Made by a program: the position numbers and the translations under genes. A stretch of 64,000 nt of DNA from Eukaryota sp. TZLM1-RC (Eukaryota; Protista; Metamonada: BaSk clade). Each line of letters starts with the position of its first letter. Positions within the stretch are counted from its first letter, which is position 1. The notes below the pieces were generated by a model that saw only the letters and a list, made by a program, of their open reading frames with translations, was not told the origin of the DNA and made no database searches. The stretch covers positions 1,860,001-1,924,000 of the forward strand of contig JAUPSS010000001.1 of NCBI GenBank assembly GCA_040285825.1, given 5' to 3'. Positions 9,401 through 20,082 of this stretch are shown here, piece after piece.

Positions 9401-12400
9401 TATTTATCTTTTCAATCCAGAAGCTGCCAACATCTTCTATCAACAAACCCATTTACTGTTGATTTAAAAATTGATGGAGATGTTGAAGCAAATCCTGGTC
9501 ACAGAAAGAGAAGATCTTATTTTAAATCAACTCCTTCATCAATAATTATTAGAAAAGCGATTTTTGTCCAACAAACATGAAACCGTAAGCGGAAAAAACA
9601 ACAAAAAGCACTGAACCGAGAAATTTGTATTGAAAATACAATGTTGAATATCGAGAACAGGGAGATTTTGACAAAAAAACCATTGAAACCGAGTTTGCTC
9701 AAGAAAATTGAGCCAAGTCGTAGTGGCTTCAAACCTGATTCATTGATTCAATTGAAATCAATGACCAAAAATCAAAATCTTCCCATTGTTATGTGCTTTG
9801 ATCTTGAAACCTATCAGGATGGTCATCTTTACCAAAATCATGATGGCCAATTTCTCCCTCCTGACGAGATTATCAACAAAATGAGAAAAGTGGATGCAAA
9901 TAATTTGAAAAAGAAAACTGACGAGCATATGGGTAAGTGGATTTCAAATCAATAAGTGTTTTTAGTTTCGATTGTTGTCAGTAAGTTTGATCGCCATTAT
10001 TTTTTTGGGAGAGTAAATATTCACTTATATTGAGAATGAGTCCTCAAATCAGATTACCAGACATTGTTATGGATGTTCTAGCAGAAATATTTTCTGACAA
10101 AAAAACCTTGCTTCGTAGGTTCCTAAACCTTATTGGTAATCACCAACCCCATTGTTTTCTTAATCACAATTTAATGCAGTTTGATTTACAGGTTTAAAAA
10201 ATTATTTTGATTTACCATTTCCCACTGACCCTGATGATACAGTAATTGATGTACTCAATCAACTGTTAACCGAGATGGAGAGAAGTTGTCATCAGGGAAA
10301 ATGGCTTTTTTCTTTTAGATACTTGAGTTTTTGCCAAAAGATTTATTAAAATACCCCACGGACATGGATTAGGCAATCTGGCATATAAAATGATAAATGA
10401 AAAGACAATCAAACTTCATCAGGAATTTTCCCATATTTTGCCAATTGATTGTTTAGCTACTGCTTCACTGAGACAAAATTCGATTCAATATGGGCTTCAT
10501 GATTGTATTTTTTGTCTGAAACTTTTCGTGCTGTTTCAGAAAGACAAATTCATTTTATCATCTTATAAAACCATTCGCGCGACCGTCAACTCAATGGTTG
10601 AACATTCAAATGTGATATTCAAATTGAGAGAAACTGCTGTAAAATTTCAACAATTACGTATTCACACCACATGTTTCTTAAAGCTGTAATTACAGTCTTA
10701 TTTTGAACGTAATTTTATACCATCACGAATATCTGCCCAATGATATAAATCATTAATGGCCAGAATTCGTTATATTTCAGCTGAGTATTATGGGCAAAAA
10801 AATGGTGAAACCAAAGAGTGCTTTTCCACAGGATTTTGAAAATTTTGTTTATGGTGAAGGAGATTATAGATTTTCGACTACTGATGTCGTTAGGCAGAAA
10901 TACCAAGCAAGTAAAGAGAGAAAAGAGAGTTTGTTAATGAAGAAACCTGTTCTTCAACGAGTGCCAGGTCATCAAGTGAAATCCTGGTATAACTACTAAC
11001 CTTATTTATCAGCAACTATAACACTACCTTTGAACAAAAAAGTTGAACAAAACTCTAAGCTATGTAGACCATTTGAGATATAGGCCTGAGTTTTTTCCAC
11101 GATTTCCAACTAATGGATTCAGTAGACCACCTCAGTAGATGGCCCCAGTAATGTTTACCAATTTTGAAAACAATTTGAAACTAAATTATGAAAAACATAT
11201 TAATCGATTTATTAATGTTTATTTTGACAAACCAGATGTGGAAACTGTGTTATCAGAAATGCACAAGCTGGGTGGATACTCAACGCCATTATCTACAATT
11301 ATTTCACTATATAGATTTAGGCTTCGTCAATTCAAAAACTTGTTTTTAGTTGATGATAGAGATTGCTTGAGTTCTTTGTTTCATCATCCTGAAAATATTT
11401 CAGATCTTCTGATTGATGAATTTTTCTATTTAAGTGAACAACATGATATAAGAAATAATGAACTTAGAGACATGGTTGAAGGTCTTATTGAGCCATTTAC
11501 TTGTCAAATTAAGAATTTGGTCACTGACGAGAATTTAGTTGATAATATATTTCCAGTGTATATACATTTTCTTGCAGGCTCTGTTAAAAAAGATCCTCAA
11601 ATATTCCTAAAACCAGCAATTACAATTGCCCAATAAATCTCCAGTAGAAAGAGAAAACTTTATCATATTTCTCCTGTTTCAACCACTGTAGGCCCTGGGT
11701 ATTTTCCCATTGATACAAGAACACTATGGAGAATTGTTGAGAATTGTTGTTGATGGACGATTTGTTGCCTGATCAGAGATTAAAAATGGTCAATACACAA
11801 GCCCAAATTACGAAATTCAAACCACCTGAACAATTTGACTTTTGGTCTAATATTCTCGATTTAAACCAACCAATGTTTAAACAAAAGAGCTATAAATTCA
11901 ACAACATTATCCACACAGATGGATTTAATATTGCAGAAGAATTTGTTCGTCGGGATTGACAAGGTCAGAAATGTAAGCCAGACAACAAGGCTAGTATTTC
12001 TGATTTATATATTGATGATGTTGATGTTGATGCTTTTCAAGACAAACGAATTGTTGTTTGTGATCCTGGAAAACGTGATTTATTGTATTTTGGGAGTAAA
12101 CAGACTGATCAAGAACTAGCCAAGGTGCCTGAACATGAAACTAAACAGCAAAGAAATAGTCGGGTGATGAATCAAGACAAGAAGTACAAATGGTTGAGAA
12201 TGACTCAGTTGTCCTGGTCTTTGAAAAGTAGGATGAATGAAAAGCAAAAACGATGGACGATAAAGTATACTGAGGTAGATTACGACAGGAACCAAATGAT
12301 AGAGTCTAACGAAATGACAATTGAAGATGCAAACACTGAATTGTCCGCACTTGCTGCAAATTCAGCGACTTTTTATAGATTTTTCCAACTTTGTGGTTGC

Positions 12401-13034
12401 CAAACTTCGGCAAGTTTTTTTGACAATTGACTTTTACAGTCTTGACTTGTGGAGCATTCATAAAATGCAAGCTTTTATTCAAGCAAGAAAATGAAAGTTG
12501 GTTGTTACAAACCCTTGTTCAGCAGTTTGGCAATCCAAAAGACATTTTAATACTAATGGGTGATTATGGTAAAAAAGGTTCCAAGAATTTGAAACATCAG
12601 AGACCTACTCGAGGCATTGGATGGATTCAATTCCTGAAAAGAAATGGATTTGAAGTATTGATGATTAATGAAGCTTTCACTTCATCAGAATGTCTTGTTT
12701 GTTTTGAAAAGGTTGCTACGTTTTTGAGAGTAAAAACTCCCAGGTTATATAAGAGAGAAAAGACTCCTGTTACTACAAGTCATGGTTTATTAGCTTGTAA
12801 CGGTGAGAGTTGCAAACTCAGTAACAAAGGCTCAACAAAGCAGTTCAATAGAAATATGTTGGCTTCTCTGAATATCTTTACATTGCTGAAGCCAGAATGA
12901 GTGGTGATGAAAGGCCTCAGTATCTGTGTAGTTGATAGTTTTGGTAATTATTCCAATCGTGTACTTATGGGAATTTCCCATGAATCTTGAAAATCCAGAA
13001 TTCTGCTTTTACATTTAAGAACCACATTAGCCAA

Positions 13035-14846
13035 ATGATAACGCTCTCCCCAGACATCGTCTCGTCTGTAGCCTCAGCCTGCAACTCTGACCTGCTCTCT
13101 GCACTCAATTCGCTATTGCTGTCAAACTTCAACCCCGACATCGCCATTGAAACTTGCAAATCCCAATATCCCACTGATGTCACATCTGTTCTAGAACAAC
13201 TCTCTCCAGATGACTTTGATTCACCAGTTTCTCTTTCCTCTGCCCTGGAACTTTCCCTTGATGATTATTCACATATTCAATCGCTATCAATGGAAGGCAA
13301 TGCTCCCTCTTTTCTATCCCTGAAGGATACCTTTCTTCGTATATGTAGCATTCTAGGTGTTGATTCTGTTGAATTACTTAAGAAAAGAATCAATCTGTTG
13401 GCGAGCATAAGGTTAGAAGAGGAAGAGGAGGAATCGCTGGATGTAGATTTAGATGATTTCGACGATGGTTTTAATGACGTTATAGATCAAAATGAGTCAA
13501 TTGATGACGTTTCAAAAAATCAAAATGAAGTGGATGATGACGTTTCAAAAGACCAAAATGAGTCAATTGATGACTTTTCAAAAGAGCAAAATGAAGTGGA
13601 TGATGACTTTTCAAAAGATCAAAATGAGTCAATTGATGACGTTTCAAAAGATCAAAATGAAGTGGATGATGACTTTTCAAAAGACCAAAATGAGTCAATT
13701 GATGACGCTTCAAAAGATCAAAATGAAGTGGATGATGACTTTTCAATAGATCAAAATGAGTCAATTGATGACGTTTCAAAAGACCAAAATGAAGTGGATG
13801 ATGACTTTTCAAAAGATCAAAATGAGTCAATTGATGACGTTTCAAAAAATCAAAATGAGTCAATTGATGACGTTTCAAAAAATCAAAATGAGTCAATTGA
13901 TGACGTTTCAAAAGACCAAAATGAAGTGGATGATGACGTGGATGATGATTCAGAGTTAGATATTGATGTTGATTTTTCTACAGCTTATCCTATCTACCAA
14001 CCTAGTTATGGTGAAATTTTGGAAGATGAAAATAGGGATCAAGAACCAAATTTTGAAGATTTCAGTCCGAAACTTAGTTTAGAAAAATCATCTGAATCTG
14101 ATAGCATTGCCGCAGTAAGTAGTCCACAATTCAGCATTGAATCACATCATGTAGGTCAAAAAGAAGATCAAAATGAAGGTCAAAATGAAGATCAAAATGA
14201 AGGTCAAAAAGAAGACCAAATTGAATCACATCATGTAGGTCAAAAAGAAGATCAAAATGAAGGTCAGAATGAAGGTCAAAAAGAAGACCAAATTGAATCA
14301 CATCATGTAGGTCAAAAAGAAGATCAAAATGAAGGTCAGAATGAAGGTCAGAATGAAGATTTCGTGTCAGATGCAAATCCAATTCTAGATGAGTCAAGAT
14401 CATCAAGTGTTGTGTCTGATTCTGATGACTTCAGCAGCTGCATTAGCTATTCAAGTGAGACATCGTCAATCACGTCATCAAGTGCAGAAGAGATCACCCA
14501 AGATGTTACAGCTGAATATTTAATGGAAAGAATTCTAAAATTAAATAATTGTGTAAAAGATTTATTAATTTCTGTCAGGGGTTATGAATCAACATTTAGA
14601 CTAAATCATGCTCATTTTGCCAACAAAATTCTCAGCATTTCTGAAACAAACCTCAATCAGAATGTCAATCAAATTGATTGTGAAAATGATCATCAATCAA
14701 TCAGTGTATTATCAAATCTGAATTTTCTTATCAAAAGACTTACCACAAAAAGGAAAATTCTATTGCAAAAACTTTGTTTTGTCCTTTCTAATGGTGTCCT
14801 CACCACTGATAATGTTGTAGATTTTTGTTTAGAAGCTTTTGTGTAG
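13035..14846 (+). CDS. Hypothetical acidic repeat-containing protein
   Basis: Long intact ORF with 11-aa DQNESIDDVSK/DQNEVDDDFSK repeats. Confidence 0.7.
   Translation: MITLSPDIVSSVASACNSDLLSALNSLLLSNFNPDIAIETCKSQYPTDVTSVLEQLSPDDFDSPVSLSSALELSLDDYSHIQSLSMEGNAPSFLSLKDTFLRICSILGVDSVELLKKRINLLASIRLEEEEEESLDVDLDDFDDGFNDVIDQNESIDDVSKNQNEVDDDVSKDQNESIDDFSKEQNEVDDDFSKDQNESIDDVSKDQNEVDDDFSKDQNESIDDASKDQNEVDDDFSIDQNESIDDVSKDQNEVDDDFSKDQNESIDDVSKNQNESIDDVSKNQNESIDDVSKDQNEVDDDVDDDSELDIDVDFSTAYPIYQPSYGEILEDENRDQEPNFEDFSPKLSLEKSSESDSIAAVSSPQFSIESHHVGQKEDQNEGQNEDQNEGQKEDQIESHHVGQKEDQNEGQNEGQKEDQIESHHVGQKEDQNEGQNEGQNEDFVSDANPILDESRSSSVVSDSDDFSSCISYSSETSSITSSSAEEITQDVTAEYLMERILKLNNCVKDLLISVRGYESTFRLNHAHFANKILSISETNLNQNVNQIDCENDHQSISVLSNLNFLIKRLTTKRKILLQKLCFVLSNGVLTTDNVVDFCLEAFV
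13486..13940 (+). repeat. 33-bp coding tandem repeat (about 14 units, two alternating types)
   Basis: Units read directly: caaaatgagtcaattgatgac... and caaaatgaagtggatgatgac... Confidence 0.9.
14136..14360 (+). repeat. Coding repeat IESHHVGQKEDQNEGQNE x3 with internal 12-bp units
   Basis: ttgaatcacatcatgtaggtcaaaaagaagatcaaaatgaagg occurs three times. Confidence 0.9.
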
Positions 14847-15378
14847 CGTTTTTTGTATTATAAACAATTGTTAATTAATTGAGAGTAACAAATGATTCTT
14901 GAAAATAATACAATATGACAAACATCAATAGACAGTATAAATAAGTTTTTCAATATCAAAGTAACTTCCAACGATGCGAATGGTAGGGGATAAGCAGAGC
15001 AATTCAACAAGAATTCAAAGTGAGCTTCCCTTTCTCTCTCTGCAGACTGAACACTCCTTACTAATGCTCTAGATTCTGATGAGTAGAAGTCAAAAGTCAT
15101 TGAGCAGATGCATTTTGTCTAGAAGAATCTAATGGTAATCATCTTCTGATTTGAATTACTTTGATATATGCAGCTCGGCTGTTTTAAATCATGAGCGAAG
15201 ATCTGAGTAGTGAGGAGGGGTTTGGATTATTCAGAACATAAGTCTTGAAAAGTTCAGCGTCTTCCTATAATGTTCGTGCTGACAATAAATTAAATTCTAA
15301 TAAGAGTTGAGTCTAAACGTAAATTCAATTTATTTTGGAAAAAAAGACACAATTTAAAAGCAAAATATACAAATAAAA

Positions 15379-17532
15379 TTATTCAAATCTATCAACCCTA
15401 AATTTCCACACCCCATTTTCTGCATCAAATCCTATCCACTGAGCTCCAATCTTATTGGTGTTACTTCGCAATTTAGATTCAAAGCGTTGCTTTTTCGAAG
15501 GGTCTTCCAAAGCTTCTTTGCCACCCTTTGGATAACAATTTTCCAACAACACCTCAGCAGGTCTATTCAAAGAAGGCGCTCTGCTACCATGAACAGTGAC
15601 AGATTTATTACTAAATTCCACAACTTCATCAAAATTAATACCACGAACATCAACTACACCTACCCACTTGATCATTCCTTGACCTCTACTACCGATAGCA
15701 AATTCCGACAGGTTCGAAAGCTGGTCATTGTCCATTGAGGAAAGCTCAGTCAATGAAGGATAAGTGTAATAGCCTTCCTTAGATAGCGTAGGTGGGTTGG
15801 ATTCTTGGGCAAGAGATCTTTCAGGTTGAGGAGAGTCAAGAGCAGGTCCTATTGATCGTACAAAGGAAGTTGACTGGGATGTCTGTGATGATGATTGATT
15901 GATTGATAACTGTTTGATTGGTGATTTTTTAGCTTTGGTTGGAGAGAACACGTCTTCAGACTTTGTAGGGACTTCACTAGTGATACTAGCAAGAGTGGGC
16001 GATTCGTCAAACAATTGTTGTCGGGAAGGAGTCTTTGCTCTGGAAGCTTTCATCCGTAGCTTAACTCCAGGAGTCGTAGGTCTGTACCTCTTTTGAGACC
16101 ATGGGATCGACGTTGCAGGTTTCTTGTGGGGAGAGGTGATGGTCTGAGGCTTGGGAGCTCCGAACTGAGATGAAGTGACATAAGGGGAGGGTTGGGGTTG
16201 AGAAGAAGGGTGAGGAGAAGGGAGAACGATTGTTGTAGATGCTGGGGGTTGAGGAGCTTGTTGCGCTGCAGGAGTGGTGGGGAAAGAAGTTGTGGTGGAG
16301 GAGGGAGCAAATGAAGAAGTAGACTGTCCAAATATTCCCGTCGAGGGTTGACCAAATGGTTGTTGTGTTTGTTGTTGTTGACCAAATGGTTGCTGCTGCT
16401 GACCAAATGGTTGCTGAGCTTGTTGACCAAAAGGCTGTTGTTGTTGTTGACCAAATGGTTGTTGAGGTTGCTGCTGTTGACCAAAAGGCGTCGTTGTAGT
16501 TGTTGAAGGCTTTCCAAAAAGACTACTGCCCGTTGTGCTGCTTGGTTGACTAAATGGTGTGGATCCAAAGGGCGTTGTTGCTGTTGCTGTTGGTTGCTGT
16601 TGCTGCTGTTGCTGTTGACCAAACAAAGGGGTAGTTGATGGTTTGTTGAATAATGAAGAGGTTGTGCCTAAAGAACTGGTTGTTTGGTTTTGCTGACCAA
16701 ACAATCCAGTAGATGAGGTTGATTGACTTCCAAATGGAGTACTTGATGATGTACCAAATGCTGAAGTCGTTTGCCCAAATGGTTGCTGCTGCTGACCGAA
16801 AGGTTGTTGAGCTTGTTGTTGACCAAATGGTTGCTGAGCTTGTTGTTGACCAAAAGGAGTCGTTGTAGTTTGTGTGGTACCAAAAGGCTGAGAAGTGCCT
16901 ATTCCAGCACCCATAGAGGGAGTCGAACCGCCCAACTTTCCCTTAACTTTATAGTCATTAAACCGAATCTCTTCAATACTACTACCTTTATACTGATTCA
17001 TTGCAGCTATTGACTGAACCTTACCTTCAGCGTCTTGGGTTGGTGTAAACGTTGAAGGACCACTAGGTTGGGGTTGACTTCCAAAAGAAGTTTGAGAAGA
17101 AGAAAACAAAGAAGACTGTGTCGATTGGCCAAAAGGTGGAGCCGTAGTGGAACCAAAAGTGCCAGTACTTTGTTGATTAAAAGAAGACGTTCCAAATGGT
17201 TGAGTTCCAAGGGTAGAGGCAGTTGAAGTTTGACCAAAAGGAGTAGTAGTTGTAGTTTGCTGTGGTTGACCAAAGGTTGAACCAGGGGTCTGGGCTTGAC
17301 CAAATGCAGAAGGTTGTGTTCCAAAAGAAGGAGCCTGAGATAGACCGAATGTTGAGGAAGGTTGTGTGCCGAAGGCAGAGGTTTGTGGTTGAGTTCCAAA
17401 AGCAGAGGTTTGTGGTTGTGTGCCGAAGGCAGAGGTTTGTGGTTGAGTTCCAAAAGCAGAAGATTGAGGTTGCTGAGCACCACCAAAAGGCGAAGATGAC
17501 TGCTGTTGCCCAAATCCCGAAGAACCAAACAT
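15379..17532 (-). CDS. NUP98: Nup98/Nup116-like FG nucleoporin
   Basis: PFG/FG repeats, GLEBS motif (QSIAAMNQYKGSSIEEIRFNDY) and a C-terminal Nup98-type domain (GYYTYPSL...WKFRVDRFE). Confidence 0.9.
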   Translation of the reverse strand: MFGSSGFGQQQSSSPFGGAQQPQSSAFGTQPQTSAFGTQPQTSAFGTQPQTSAFGTQPSSTFGLSQAPSFGTQPSAFGQAQTPGSTFGQPQQTTTTTPFGQTSTASTLGTQPFGTSSFNQQSTGTFGSTTAPPFGQSTQSSLFSSSQTSFGSQPQPSGPSTFTPTQDAEGKVQSIAAMNQYKGSSIEEIRFNDYKVKGKLGGSTPSMGAGIGTSQPFGTTQTTTTPFGQQQAQQPFGQQQAQQPFGQQQQPFGQTTSAFGTSSSTPFGSQSTSSTGLFGQQNQTTSSLGTTSSLFNKPSTTPLFGQQQQQQQQPTATATTPFGSTPFSQPSSTTGSSLFGKPSTTTTTPFGQQQQPQQPFGQQQQQPFGQQAQQPFGQQQQPFGQQQQTQQPFGQPSTGIFGQSTSSFAPSSTTTSFPTTPAAQQAPQPPASTTIVLPSPHPSSQPQPSPYVTSSQFGAPKPQTITSPHKKPATSIPWSQKRYRPTTPGVKLRMKASRAKTPSRQQLFDESPTLASITSEVPTKSEDVFSPTKAKKSPIKQLSINQSSSQTSQSTSFVRSIGPALDSPQPERSLAQESNPPTLSKEGYYTYPSLTELSSMDNDQLSNLSEFAIGSRGQGMIKWVGVVDVRGINFDEVVEFSNKSVTVHGSRAPSLNRPAEVLLENCYPKGGKEALEDPSKKQRFESKLRSNTNKIGAQWIGFDAENGVWKFRVDRFE

Positions 17533-17599
17533 GGAGATGCAGTCAAAGTGTTAGTTAATCTTCAAGGGTTTGGAAAACAATTTGTCAATGAGATTTGCC

Positions 17600-18450
17600 T
17601 TGTGTTTTGATGTTAGATTAGACTACTTGGCTTGGCTAAAATAGCCCGTTTTTGCAAATCTTTTACAAGATATGTGTGATAGTACTTCTTCTGCCATATT
17701 AATAACAATTTCTCAGATTTATATCACTCTACCAACTGGTTCTGCTTTGACTTTGAATATGAGATTTCGTTCCTTTATCTGACCTGAAACTTTACTTCAT
17801 AAATTAATTTGTAAATGTCTTCGAAAATTTACAATTACTCATTTGTTAAATTGTACACATTTTATGACCTTAAAAAGCAAGGTTCATGATGTTGTAAGAG
17901 ACCGTTTATATTGTATGTGCATGTCCCATGGAATTGAATCCTTTTTGGAACCTCTGTTGTCAAATGTGTTTGATACTGAAATTGATTTTCATAAGAATAA
18001 TAGAGGTGATGTTATATTACCTGGATTAGATGGAAGTTTCATTTTATTGGATGTAATGCCTGAAATGAAAGGCTTGTTAATTCTGAAATTCATATTCCTC
18101 TTTCGTATATAGAAAATTTCAAAATCAAAAAAATAAAATGAACCTTTCTCAAAATTCTCCAATCAACAGCATGTCAAATAATTTTTGTATTTATTTGAAA
18201 TTATTTGTATTTTCGCTTTTTAGTTCACTTGCTCCCACGGTTCAACGTCTTTTAGCAGGTTTTAAAGTGATTGTAAAGAGAAGAACAAACAGAAATTTCA
18301 ACAGATTTTTTTGGCAATAGAATTGTGTTTTCTATTTCTAGGGGGATGTTGAAAATGGTTTCTGATGCTTTGCGTTTTCTTGGATCTCACCATAAGAGAG
18401 TTACATCTAGTGTTTTTATTTTGGTAGAGATGAATTATTAGATGTCGATT
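17600..18450 (+). mobile_element. Decayed CRE-like element, subfamily A (CCHC + RLE + 3' end)
   Basis: HLLNC...VHDVVRD, RGDVILPGLDGSFILLDV and FFWQ-RIVFSI. Confidence 0.85.
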
Positions 18451-18601
18451 TGAAAGTTGATTATATTGAATTAATTAAGTTGAACGACATTATATATGAT
18501 TTGCTGTTTTTTGTTTCTGAAGGTTTTGCCAACAAACACATAGAAATTGGATTAGTTTTGAACCCATCTAAATGTCTTTTGATTGCCAGGATTCACATCA
18601 G

Positions 18602-20082
18602 TGTTGGCGCCCTAAGGCATATATGTTATGATTTGAAAACAAATCAACTTTTTCCTCATTCGCTTTATCTTTACCCACTTTTCCAACCTACGGCATCAAT
18701 AATTATTGGCCATTTAGGTTATAGGTACACCACTTTGATAACACTAAGCTTTTCTACAAAGGATATCTTTAGTAGATATCATGTCAGTCCTGTTCAGCCA
18801 AAACACTGACACCGTAAAAAATTAACATGCAGGAACATAACAGGGATACAATGAGCATACAAACAGTAGCAGTAGGAGAAGTAGTAGAGACTAGTAAAGT
18901 CGAGGACTCGGGCTCGAGACCACCCTCCGCCCCTCCTCAAGGAAAACCGATGGAAACAGACATGGAACCACCTCTCGCTTCTTCCAAGTCCAAAATAATG
19001 GAACCAAGCTTGGAACCACCTTCCGCCTCTTCCAAATTCAACTTAATGCCACAAAAGAGTTCAGGAATGTGACCACCCCCTCCTCACCAAAAAACGCAAA
19101 TGTTGGTTCAAGTTCTGAAACTTCGACAGTCCTTCAAAGATATGAAGAACTTCAGTCCGTTTTAGGCGAACTGGATGACGATGAGAAAGATCTTCTCCAA
19201 CAAATCATGAAGGATGCGGAGGCTCACGTTGAACCTACAGATTACTGTTTGTTTGAGCAGCTCCCTACTTCATGGAAGCAAATTTCAAAAACAGGAAGAT
19301 GACTCCAGTGATGGATTCTACAAACTTCTAACAAGGACACCGAGCCTTACCTCGAATCAATGGAGCCAAACACGATAAAAGTCGACCAGATACGAGATTA
19401 TTAGTAGATTAGATTATTACCTCCATTGTTATTGTACTACAATGCAAAGGTACGGTCCTTGCTCCTCTGATATGTTTAGTCGTAAAGCCAGTACTTTAAC
19501 AACAAAAGACGTCGCCTTCGGGTTTCTGAGGTTTGTTCCTTTGCTTACTGTTGTTTTTGATCCATTATTGACCCTGCATGATCATTAACGAATCCATTTT
19601 TCGATTCCATGATAACTTTTCTAAACGACACTACCAGGTTTCTCGTTTACGAAAAAGGGAAGAAGCAGTGTGCCTTTATGTAGCGATGGAAACATACACA
19701 ACAAAGTATTCAAGCACACAGCTTTTGGAACGAGGCCCTTTTCAGTTATGGCTTACTACCTTATACTAACATTATTGTAGGAAAGTCATAGTACATCCAT
19801 TGTCGATCTTAAAAATGTAAAACCAGTGTTTGTGTGAATCCCAATCACTGCAAAGATAATTGTAGACAATAGAAAACAGTAGAATTCAGTTTTTAGTTCT
19901 TAATATTTATAGTTATTTAGTTGTTTGCTTTAGTTTTGTTTCATATTCATATAAGCTGATTGATTTTGAAAAAGGGAAGAAGCAGTGTTGGCACCCTGAG
20001 GCTAATATGTTATGATTAGAAAACAAATCAACTTTTTTCTCATTCACTTTATCTTAACTGACTTTTCCAACCTGCGATATCA
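18602..20082 (+). mobile_element. Old non-autonomous mini-LTR element (97-bp LTRs at 18602-18698 and 19986-20082)
   Basis: TG..CA LTRs with about 13 mismatches; PPT aaagggaagaagcag before the 3' LTR; flanks tcag/tcaa; broken ORF 18827-19302 homologous to 53597..55162. Confidence 0.8.

Larger units (their letters stand above)
8531..12935 (+). pseudogene. 2A-like peptide + DEDDy 3'-5' exonuclease + Fanzor1 fusion gene B (decayed)
   Basis: DVEANPG (9479-9499); ExoI DLE (9800), ExoII HNLMQFD (10165-10185), ExoIII YGLHD (10489-10503); then Fanzor motifs YKTIRATVNS..HTTCFLKL, TNFENN, IHTDG, VCDPGKRDL (12062), MGDYG, NEAFTSSECLVC, NRNMLASLNI and ERPQYLCS*. Several stops and frameshifts. Confidence 0.85.

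Noticed and set aside
9578-9580. TGA reassignment (alternative genetic code) explaining in-frame stops in the elements
   Set aside because: POLD1 ends in TGA, host genes have no internal stops, and the elements also contain TAA/TAG stops and frameshifts.
12853-12855. Fanzors A and B as domesticated nuclease-dead regulators
   Set aside because: Both copies carry many stops and frameshifts, so single-base RuvC-III changes are most simply decay; revisit if intact copies share them.
13486-13940. 33-bp periodic repeat as a CRISPR array
   Set aside because: It is an in-frame coding tandem repeat without spacers; the overlapping ORFs in other frames are shadows.
15487-17558. Numerous overlapping ORFs within NUP98 (and within the Gypsy, MCM6 and POLD1)
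   Set aside because: They are antisense or alternate-frame shadows of real coding sequence with no independent motifs.
18604-18612. TGGCGCCC as a tRNA-Lys primer-binding site
   Set aside because: It lies at the start of the LTR in every copy, not after the 5' LTR, and matches only 8 nt.
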